This document shows positions 1 through 10,200 of a stretch of DNA of 64,000 nucleotides, piece by piece (position 1 is the stretch's first letter; each line of letters begins with the position of its first letter). Origin of the DNA: a virus (taxonomy: Duplodnaviria; Caudoviricetes). The notes under the pieces are model-generated. The model searched no databases, had not been told where the DNA came from, and worked only from the letters and a program-made list of their open reading frames with translations. Location of the stretch: positions 224,001 to 288,000 of the IMG/VR virus record IMGVR_UViG_3300028591_000072. One strand, written 5' to 3'. A program made the position numbers and the translations under genes.

Positions 1-4
1 GCAT

Positions 5-895
5 TTGGATAAAGATACGCTTGATGAAATAAAAAGATACATTGACCTTCAGTTTAAATCCACAAAAGATAGTTTGAAAGAAGACATAAATGTATTTACG
101 GCAAAAACCTCAACAAAAATAGAGCGTGTAAACGAGGAATTGGGCTCTAAGATAGAATTTGCTGAAAAACAATTGGAAGCAAAGAATGAACTATTGTCAA
201 ATAAGCTTGAGGCAGCATCAACTGCAATTACAACAGCCACAAAGATATTTGATTTGGAATCTGCAAATATAACAGTTGAGAAATTGAATAAGGCAATAGA
301 AGATTCTGCTGAGACTAAATTGTGGAAGGATTCTGCTGAAGAAAAAATAAATAACCATGATGAAATTGTTGAATTTTGTAAGAATAGCGTTGAGGATACA
401 AGTGTCATGGTTGGAAACCTTGGGGATAGACTTGAAGATTATAAGTCAAATACTTATAATAAAATTTCTGAAGTTGAGAATCAAGTTGAGTTTGTAAATG
501 CACGTGTTAGTAACATAATCAATGCATCAATTGCAATTCAAACAGCAAGTGATGTACAGTCAGAAACAGAACATATATTTGACCGTGGAATTGACAATGG
601 ATATGTTAGTGAAACAGAAACAATTGACAACGGTGATGGTACATTTGATGTTAACACAACAATTGGCGATGAAACATTTAATATAAAGGTTTTTGGGTAT
701 GGCAAAAAATTAAGGCCCAATGGCAATGAGGGCGTTAATGGGTTAATATTGGCTAATAATGGTATTAAATACTCAGATAAAAGTGGCTCGTTCATTTCAA
801 TTATAAACGGAAACATAAAGTTATCAAATTCAAATGGGAGTGGAAGAATTGAAATAAAAGATGACGGGGTTTATATAAATGGAGTAAAACAATAA
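5..895 (+). CDS. Probable virion structural protein, coiled-coil N-half; probably 5'-partial
   Basis: Frame is open to the window edge. Heptad-rich N-half, beta-rich C-end (IEIKDDGVYING), followed by a terminator. Confidence 0.5.
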   Translation: MDKDTLDEIKRYIDLQFKSTKDSLKEDINVFTAKTSTKIERVNEELGSKIEFAEKQLEAKNELLSNKLEAASTAITTATKIFDLESANITVEKLNKAIEDSAETKLWKDSAEEKINNHDEIVEFCKNSVEDTSVMVGNLGDRLEDYKSNTYNKISEVENQVEFVNARVSNIINASIAIQTASDVQSETEHIFDRGIDNGYVSETETIDNGDGTFDVNTTIGDETFNIKVFGYGKKLRPNGNEGVNGLILANNGIKYSDKSGSFISIINGNIKLSNSNGSGRIEIKDDGVYINGVKQ

Positions 896-918
896 AAATA
901 TTTTTACTTAAAATAATT

Positions 919-946
919 AAAAGGGTGCTTTTCGGCATCCTTTTTT
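919..946 (+). terminator. Intrinsic terminator
   Basis: aaaagggtgc-tttt-cggcatcctttttt hairpin plus U-tract. Confidence 0.7.
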
Positions 947-957
947 GTTTTTCTTTA

Positions 958-966
958 ACTATTTAT
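958..966 (+). promoter_or_regulatory. Putative phage late-promoter motif ACTATTTAT (representative copy)
   Basis: Same motif shortly upstream of starts at 12502, 15533, 27459, 43911, 47172, 59818, 61412, 62111 (+) and 21672-21680, 36301-36309 (-). Confidence 0.6.
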
Positions 967-988
967 ATGAAAATATATTTGTATTTAA

Positions 989-1909
989 ATGGGTAGGATT
1001 GTAACAAATAAGCATATAAATGGTGTCATTGTTCCTTACGAATATTTTTTTGATGGAATAAGTTCTGCATTAACTGAAAATGAGAGGCTAACTGTTGCAA
1101 AGGGTAGGATAATTATTTCAACATATCCGGAACAAGAGGGTATTTTTATCCTGAGTGAAGATGGTACAAGGTCAATTAAAGTTGCACAAAATGCAGCTTC
1201 TGAAATACCGGCTGGAATTTATGATTGGATAAACAATGAAATTGTGCCACAGATAAAAAGTTATGCGGATGATTCTGTAGAACGGGCGTTTGAAGAGTTT
1301 TCTTTGCTTGTTATTTCATCTGCTGACACAATGTACAACGACTTAAAGGGGTATGTTGATGAATTGTCGGCCAAAACTGAAACAAATGACAATAGGCTTA
1401 GCGATAGGATTGATGAGCTGTCTGCATACACAATGAACATGAAAATTTCAGACCATTTCATGCTTACTGAAGATGAATATAGGATGCTGTCTGCTCTTGG
1501 GGAACTTACCGTTGATGCTGAGGAATTTTTTGTTTCTAGAGAAACAAGAATTTTAAACGATTTAAATGTTGGTGATGTGATATATTACAGCGATGAAATA
1601 TATTATTGCCTTTATGAAGAAAACGGCTCAGGGGATGACGAAAGCGGATTGACACCGACAATAACAGGAACAACAATGGAAATATTTTACGATATTTCCG
1701 GACACACGATAATACTTGATAGTTCTGCAACTGTCAATTCTCATACGTTGGAATTTTCCGATGGCGGTGAGCATGGCGGAGATACTGAGATAGATGGTAC
1801 AACAATAGAAGATAATTCAATTTATATTGATACTGAAGACGAGCATACTCTTGTGCTTGGAAACAATTATGTATATGATGAAGAAAATAATGCATTTATA
1901 ATAAACTAA
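989..1909 (+). CDS. Hypothetical acidic virion protein
   Basis: 306-aa ORF after ACTATTTAT motif in structural cluster. Confidence 0.6.
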   Translation: MGRIVTNKHINGVIVPYEYFFDGISSALTENERLTVAKGRIIISTYPEQEGIFILSEDGTRSIKVAQNAASEIPAGIYDWINNEIVPQIKSYADDSVERAFEEFSLLVISSADTMYNDLKGYVDELSAKTETNDNRLSDRIDELSAYTMNMKISDHFMLTEDEYRMLSALGELTVDAEEFFVSRETRILNDLNVGDVIYYSDEIYYCLYEENGSGDDESGLTPTITGTTMEIFYDISGHTIILDSSATVNSHTLEFSDGGEHGGDTEIDGTTIEDNSIYIDTEDEHTLVLGNNYVYDEENNAFIIN

Positions 1910-1914
1910 AAATT

Positions 1915-4020
1915 ATGGCAAACGATAAGTACATAGACAAATTTAAAAAAGGTAACGATGAATATCAAATTCATGCTGAATATGCAGAAAGCGCAAGAAC
2001 TGCTCAAACAGCTGAAAGTGTTGATAAAATTGGTAATGTTAGAAAATATAGCGGATTTTATGATGGCAAGCAAAGAGAAGGCTTGCAAATCATAAATACA
2101 GTGGGTGAAGGTTCTGAGGCTTTGGTTGAACTTAATGAAAAGGGCAATTTTGCATTGGAGTCAAAGACAAAACATTTGAATTTGGAGTCTGCAAAAGGTG
2201 TCCAAATAAAACCAACGACAACAATAACGTTAGATTCAACTAGAAGAATAATTGGTGGAAAGGGAAACGAAATTCAAGTTGAAGCTAGATTTGATGATTT
2301 CGGAGATGTAACAGGATATAATGGCGCTGATGAAGAATGGGCTGAATTGAAAATAAACAGTAGGAATCTTGATTTAAGGTGCCGTGAACATGGAGGTATT
2401 GCATTACAAATTGCAGGAAAAGATAAAGATGGGAATGAAAATAAAATAAAATTTGAAAGTGATAGAACAAATTCAATTTCTGAAAATGGAACATATAATG
2501 GCGAAGGCGGAAAGGGACTTGAATTTGGTACTTTCAATAACTTACACAGTTCATTATATACAGGTGATTATCGCTTTAGGGGAAATGGAAAAGTGTTTGG
2601 TGTTTTAAGAGAAGTACCTGTACAAACAGAAACAGGAAAAATAGATTATCAAACCCAAAATGATGATTTCAAAGACCCAATAAATGAAGCAACTCCAAAT
2701 GCAACTTGGAACCAAATTATTGCTGCTGCAAATAAATGTAATGGAAAAGAAGAAATTGCATCAATTCAAGATGTTGCTGGAATGATAGCTGAAGCAAGCA
2801 TTCCTGATTATACCGGAACTACCGAGCATTTGGCAACACAAGAATATGTTCAAAATTATGTTAATGAACATGGAGGAGGCTCGTCATATGAAGCAGGAAA
2901 CGGAATACATATTGAAGATAATATCATAAGTGTTAATGGCTATGCAAATCTTGAGCCATTAACGGCGTTAACAAATAATGTTTCGGCTCTTAATGACATT
3001 AAATTTGGAAAAAGCAAGGGTAATTTTGCAATTGATGTTAAAGGAAAGTATACATATGAATTAACTGGTCCTAAATCGGCAACTACTGTTGATGAATATG
3101 AAATAGAACATGAAAAAGGTGATAGGGTTATAAATTATTCAGATGAATCGTTCTATTTGGATGCTGACAAGGTTTATTATAAAGCAGGTATGGAAACTAC
3201 ACTTGCCGATGGAGAAACGGTTGTTCCTGCTGATACTATAGTTTATAATACCAAATGTGAACTAAACTTTGATGAAAATTGCGGATATCAGCATTTTGAA
3301 CTTGGCGATGGTGAAAAATCGTATTATGAAGACCCGTCTAAGTTTGCATATAAGGCAAAAGTTAAAAATGCTGAAAAGTATGATGGCACAAAGGTTGCAA
3401 AAAACACAATGGTTCCTGGTGCTGGATTAACTCAAGAAGAAATTGATTATTATGAAAGTATGGGTGGCCAATATGATGAAGATGAGGGCAAAATGATTAA
3501 TGTTGTTTGGGAAAGAGTTGATATTTGGAAAAAGAGCACTCTTTGGACAAAGAACGAAATAAACATTAACCTTGAAACAGATAGTAAGATTAAGTTTGAT
3601 GGTAAAAAAATTGAAACCGTATGGTCATATCCTGAAGTTGAAGGCGGAGATGACGTTGACCATAAAATGGCTGAAATCCTTCTTTCAACAAATAGTTTAG
3701 TTGCTGATGCTAATGAGATTGTGTTTGAACAAAAAATATCAAAGAATGGTGATAGAAGTGGCCAAGATACCGAAATAGCGTATATATTTGGTAACAATGT
3801 CGCTGATACTGAAAAAGTTCCTGATTTGGCTACATTTATGGCTAATTACAGAAAGAAACATAGTGGAACATACACAGATGAGGAACTTACTGAAAAATAT
3901 AATGCATTTTTGGCTGAGGGTGAATCATATGAAGTTAGGGCTAAGGTAAGTGATTTACTCAAACTCGTTTCAAAGGTTGCTGAATTGGAAACAAGAATTG
4001 CTGCTTTGGAAAATCAATAA
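1915..4020 (+). CDS. Putative tail fibre/structural protein
   Basis: 701 aa; fibre-type YEAGNGIHIEDNIISV motif; C-terminal coiled coil VAELETRIAALE. Confidence 0.55.
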   Translation: MANDKYIDKFKKGNDEYQIHAEYAESARTAQTAESVDKIGNVRKYSGFYDGKQREGLQIINTVGEGSEALVELNEKGNFALESKTKHLNLESAKGVQIKPTTTITLDSTRRIIGGKGNEIQVEARFDDFGDVTGYNGADEEWAELKINSRNLDLRCREHGGIALQIAGKDKDGNENKIKFESDRTNSISENGTYNGEGGKGLEFGTFNNLHSSLYTGDYRFRGNGKVFGVLREVPVQTETGKIDYQTQNDDFKDPINEATPNATWNQIIAAANKCNGKEEIASIQDVAGMIAEASIPDYTGTTEHLATQEYVQNYVNEHGGGSSYEAGNGIHIEDNIISVNGYANLEPLTALTNNVSALNDIKFGKSKGNFAIDVKGKYTYELTGPKSATTVDEYEIEHEKGDRVINYSDESFYLDADKVYYKAGMETTLADGETVVPADTIVYNTKCELNFDENCGYQHFELGDGEKSYYEDPSKFAYKAKVKNAEKYDGTKVAKNTMVPGAGLTQEEIDYYESMGGQYDEDEGKMINVVWERVDIWKKSTLWTKNEININLETDSKIKFDGKKIETVWSYPEVEGGDDVDHKMAEILLSTNSLVADANEIVFEQKISKNGDRSGQDTEIAYIFGNNVADTEKVPDLATFMANYRKKHSGTYTDEELTEKYNAFLAEGESYEVRAKVSDLLKLVSKVAELETRIAALENQ

Positions 4021-4040
4021 AAACAACAATAAAGTAAACC

Positions 4041-4241
4041 ATGCCTACAATTAAAAGATACGGTTATGAACTAAAAGATATTGTACGTAAAAGGTATCCC
4101 TTAGCAAAAGTCTATCGCAAGGGATACCTTGTATGGCAAAAAGGTGGTGGTGGCGGAGATGTCATTGCTTCTTGCTTTGGCAATGGTTATTGGATAGACG
4201 AACTTCCATGGATTGATACTGATGCGTGGAGAGATAATTAA
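4041..4241 (+). CDS. Small tail-module protein
   Basis: 66 aa ending SCFGNGYWIDELPWIDTDAWRD, directly upstream of the giant gene. Confidence 0.6.
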   Translation: MPTIKRYGYELKDIVRKRYPLAKVYRKGYLVWQKGGGGGDVIASCFGNGYWIDELPWIDTDAWRDN

Positions 4242-4260
4242 AATCAAAAAAAATTATATA

Positions 4261-7200
4261 ATGGCAAAAACATATAATCAGAAAATTAATAGAAATACTG
4301 CTTGGGGCGGTGATATGTCAACAAGTGGATTACCTGTTGCTGGTGGTAGGGTTCAAGAATTTATAAAAGAAGAACTAAATGGGAAGGCTGGTGCGTTCTA
4401 TAGGCCATCTGGCGGAAATTTTGTATATTGCTTTGCTACAAAAGAAGATAGGGATACATATGCTGATGCATCAAATAAAGATGAGTATGAACATCTTATA
4501 ATTGACAGATTTGAGACTGAATCGAATTATAGTGTTTATATCAATCAAGACACACTTGTACTTTCAAAAAGTGTTATTGAGGGTTCAACTGGAAATACGG
4601 TTGAATTTCAATTTAAAATCACTGATAAGAATGGGATGGTTTCTGACTCAAAAGCGAGTATTGTTTTTACGTTCTTGGCTTCTGGAATTTTAAAAAAATA
4701 TACAACTGAGGTTCAGGTTAAGTCTGAAGGGTGGACAACTGTTGTTAGCGATGTTATTGATGAGTATTTAAGGAATGGTGAAAATAACATTTCTGTAACA
4801 ATAACAGGACTTTCCACTAAGACATCTACTCAATTTGTGATGACCTATAATGTGTTTGATTTGGAATTTAAGACAATGTTTCAATATAACGTTCCGAAAT
4901 ATGGGAGCGTTTTACAAGTTCCATATTATATAAAGTGTACTGAAACAAAATATTTGGAGTTTTATATTGATGGATATGAAGTTGAAAGCGTTGAAAGCCA
5001 AACAATAAGTGATGCTGTCAAGGATGGTACTGCAAATATAAGCATTGGAAACTTGGAAATTGGCCAACACAGTTTGCAGGTTAGGGCGTATGTAAGGGCT
5101 AAAGACGGAACAAAATTCTATTCTCAAATACATTATTACACATTTGCAAAAGAAGGAAACACGACTCCATCATTTTTGATGTCAATTAAGTTGGATAACA
5201 CCCAAGATATTGCAGTTGATGGAAACTTGCTGACGATAAATTCAGGACAGTTTGAACAGATTTCTTTTGATTGGTCAATGTATGATTATTTGTCAAGAAA
5301 ACTGGTTGTTAATTTTGAATATGATGGAAATATAATTTCAAAAAATGTTTTTACATTAAATGGAACTATAAGCGAATTTAGTTTCAGGCCATTTAATTAT
5401 GGCGATGATAAATATCTTAGGATTTTTTCTGTTGATGAAGATAACAATATTGTGTTTGAACATAATATAGTCTTCAATGTTGCTGGGAATGATAGTGGAC
5501 TTAAAGAAACTGTTGATGGGCTGTTGCTAAAATTAACTTCAAATGGTAGAAGAAATACGGATGAAGATAAAGATGTGTGGTCTTGCGTTGGAAATGACCA
5601 AAATGTCTATAGTGCAAATTTCCACAATTTTGCATGGAATGCACAACAAGGATGGAATCCTGAATATGAGGCACTTGTTGTATCTGACCAAGCATATGTT
5701 GATTTTAACATTAGACCAATGATGACTAATAATGGAATTAATAATGCTGGATGGGAAGAAAATGGTGGAACATTTGAAATTGACCTTGAAACTTTTGATA
5801 TTGAGGATGAAAATGCTGTTATATGCGAGTGCAAAAGCAATATAGAAGGAAAATCAACAGCATATTTTAGAATTACAGCAACAAATGCTGAATTTTCAAC
5901 TGCTGACGGTAAGAAAATAAATACGAGATATAAGGATAATGAAAGGCTGAAAATTGCATTTATTGGAAATAAGAAGGGAACGCATGAAGACGGTAATATG
6001 ATTTATATTATGGTTAATGGCGTTCTTGAGCGTGCTGCAATGTATTCAAATACAGATAGAATTTGGTCTGATGAAATATTGAGGATTGGTTCTGGCAATG
6101 GTGGGTGCAAAATACGTGTTCGCTCAATTCGTGTTTATGACCGTGCAATAAGTGTTGATGAAGAATTTAACAATTATGTCGTTGATTCTGAAAATTCTCA
6201 AATAATTTATGAGAAAAACAATATTTTTAAAAAAGGGACAAATGAAGTTGGGTTTGATGAAGTCGCCAATAAACTTCCTGTTATGATTTTTACGGGCAAT
6301 ATGAATGACCTGGTTAAAAATGGGCAAGATAAACAATGGAGATATTTTGATGTTGAATATATAAACAGACAAGAACCTGAAAGGAATTTTGTTTCGTTTA
6401 ATTGTCAGATGAAATTGCAAGGAACCTCTTCGTTAGGATACCCAAGAAAAAATTTCAAATTGAAGACAAAGGATAAGTTGGCAACTAAAGAATATTACGA
6501 ATCAAGTAATTATGTTCTTGATACTGAAGAAACTGAAGTTGGAAATAGAAGGCTTAGGAGTAAAGTTACTGGAAATTTAATTGATTTTGGGGATTTTACC
6601 GGAAATTGTTTTACTTTTGGTAATTTTTCAAGCGACAATCCGTTAAAGGGAGAATTATTAAAGAAAGGAAAATATAGATTTAGGGCTAATAGCCATAAAG
6701 CGGACAAATGGACATTGAAAGCCGATTATATGGAGTCATCTTGCTCACATAATGTTGGTGCAGGAAGAAGCTGGAATGATATTTTCGAAAATACTGAACT
6801 TAAGATTAGTAATTATGCTGGATATGTTAATAACACATATAAAGATACAGCACTTGTTAATAGAAACGATTATAGCGAATACACAAAGAATGGTATTTCA
6901 TATAAAATCAATATGAATACAGATTCTTTTAGGTCTCAAAAAAATTATGTTTGTAGGACTGACGCACAGAAAATATGCTGGTCTGAAGGTGCTGATGATG
7001 TTAGGACTGCAATAGATGGATTTCCAATGGTTTGTTTCTATAGAACATCTCATGCTGAAAATAATCTTGTGTTCATGGGGCAATATAACTTCGTAAATGA
7101 TAAAGGTTCTTATGAGGTGTTTGGGTTTGAAGATATTGAGGACCCTAATAATGAAGATGTTATGATTTATGATGCTTCTCAAGTTGAATGTTGGGAGGGC

Positions 7201-10200
7201 CTTAAAAATTCAAATCCAATATCATTGTTTAAAACAATTGAAGGTTGGAATGACCCTGACGGATGGAAATCAACATTCGAATCAAGATATCCCGACCCTG
7301 ATGATGAGGGCGTTGCTGGTAAAAGACAAGTTGATGGGTCGGTTGGGTCACCATTATATGAACTTTGCAAATGGCTTGTTTCTACAAGGCATGAAAGCGA
7401 TACTGTATATGGCGATACATTAGATATTGATTCAAGTTTTGCAACAAGGATTAATGGATATCAATATGCATATGTTACAGGACAAGAGCAAAATTATGAA
7501 TATGCAAGTGGCGTAAATTTGCCTGATAATGCTGAAAACAGGCAAAAGAAATTTGAAACGGAAAAGTGGGAACACTTTGATGTGTGGAAACTCGCCGGAT
7601 ATTACATTTATCTTATGAGATATGGAGCTGTTGACCAATTTGTAAAAAACACGATGTTATTTACTGACGGAAACGGAAGATACGACAATAGGACTGATAA
7701 AAAATATAGAAAATGGTTCTACATAAATTATGATAACGACTGTTTGTTTGGACTTCGTAACAACGGAGAACTTGCATTTCATTGGAAACTTGATAGGCAG
7801 ACGATTGACAATGCAAATGATATTATTGTTGATGAAAATGATGAATACAATGAAGGCAATGTTAATACATATGCAATGATGGGTCATGATTCAACATTAT
7901 GGAATAATCTTGAACGTGACGATGAATTTATGCGCATGGTAAGGGACCTTGATGATTCAATGAACAAATCTGGCCTTAATTATGAAAATATGGTAACTGA
8001 ATTTGATACCAAACAGACTGAGATGTGGTGCGAGCGTATTTATAATGCAAATGAAAGATATAAATATATTCAAGCAGCAAAGGGTGTTGGAGATATGGCT
8101 GGAAATCCTGTTGATAACTTGTGGATGCTTCAAGGAACAAGACGTTCTCACAGACATTGGTGGATTGCAAACCATTTTAACATGCTTGATGCAAGGTGGC
8201 TTTCTGGTGACTATAAAAACACGTATGTCCAAATTAAAACAGACTCTCCTGCGGGCTCAATAATAAGGGCAGTTGCCGGTGATGACTATTATTTTGCATG
8301 GGGACAACAAAAGAGAATTTACGAGAGTAATATTCAAAAGGAAAAAGGTGAAGAAATTGAATTTGTGTTTCCGACAGACCAAGTTCAAGGAGACCCTGTT
8401 TACATTTATGCGTATAATAAGATGTCAGAACTTGATTTTTCAGCAATAGCAAACAAAATTGCCGCTGGTTCATTTGAATTCAATGAAGGTGGCCTTGAGG
8501 TGGTTAATACGTTGAAAAAACTTGTTATTGGAAATCAAAATGTAATAAATAGAATTGAACTTCCAACAACAACATGGGGAAAACTAAAGAACCTTGAATA
8601 TCTTGATATAACAAATTATGCGGGTATAAAAGAAATTCCGTTTGATACGACAATTGAGACTGAAAACGGAGAAATCACTCACTTAAGCCTTCCTAATTTG
8701 CATACGTTGAAGGCTTTTGGAAGTGGATTGTCAAGTTTTGTTCCTGTTGAGGGTAGCAATTTTAATTTGGCCGAATTACCGGCTTCTGTTTCAACTATAA
8801 AATTAAATAATGTTAATTTCAATAATATAACTGAAGATTTTAAATACGTACCAACAACAAATTTGACAACTCTTGAGATTTCAAATACAAATGGTATAAA
8901 AATGGCTTATTTTAGAAAGATTGTTGAACCTTGGCTTAATGCAATGAACTCTTCTATAAGTTCAGATGCCTTATATGCATCTGCAAAGTTGGTGTTGAAT
9001 AATGTTGACTGGTCGTTTGATAAATTTAGTGACATTGAATTATTTGAAAATATAAGTAAAGTAAATGGTGCATTTGTTATTAGTGGTGTAATTGATTTGT
9101 CAACACTTAAATCAATATCCATGGAAAATATTGAGAAAATAAAGCAGATATTTGGTGAAAATTGCTTTAATAAGGTAATGTCTGCAATTTATATAAAAGT
9201 TCCGGAAACTGTATTTATACATACTGATAGTGATTCAATGGTTGCAGGTAAAACAAATGTTTTTTATAGGGAAATATATCCTGCCGAAAATGCAATAACA
9301 ATGGACCACTCAATAGTATACAATATTGTTGAAGAGTGTTCTGAAACAACGCCAGGCGCAATACATGATACAATAACCAACAAATATTATATTATTGTTT
9401 CAGATATATCAAGCATAAGACAAGGTACAATTACGTTTGAAAATCTTCGTGACGAAAATAACAAAGAAATTGCAGTTCTGACTTCTGAAGAGAATGAAAT
9501 TTCTGATACTGATTTAAAGATAATGTGTACACTTTCTATGGGAGGTGTATCGAAAGTTTCTGTGTGTGATTTTAAAATCAAAAAGCCAACATATGCATCT
9601 TCCGTTGTGATTACAGGAAATAAGTCAATTTATAAGAATGGGGAATATGTTTATGAGGCTGTACTTAAGGATAATTTGGGTAATGCTCCAATTGGAACTG
9701 AAAATGTGACTTGGACGCTTTCAATGAATAATGCAGAAAGGTATCTTGTTTCATATGAAAATGTTGATGAAAACGGAATTAGGTATAAAATAGTTACTTC
9801 AGAAAATGAGCCAAATGAAGAAGAGGTTTCTGAAACAATAAATTTAAGTATCATTGTGGAACATGGTAATGGAAGAAATCCATTAATTGCATCATATGTT
9901 TGCATGCTTTTAAATGAAAATGTTATTATGACAAGCGTTTCTAATCCAATTATGATGGAAAGATGCTATAATGCATTTGATTCCGTAATTAATAGGAATG
10001 CAATGACAAAAGCGCAAGCAGAGTCTGTTACTGATGATGACATAGACGGAGTGTTTTCCGGTATTGCTTCTGAATTCACATTTAATGAATTTAAATATTT
10101 TACTGGAATAACAAGACTTCCTTCTGGCGCATTTGGTGATTGTAGGAGAATGACTGAAATTACGTTACCAAGTACAATTGTTGAAATTGGTCCTTCTGCA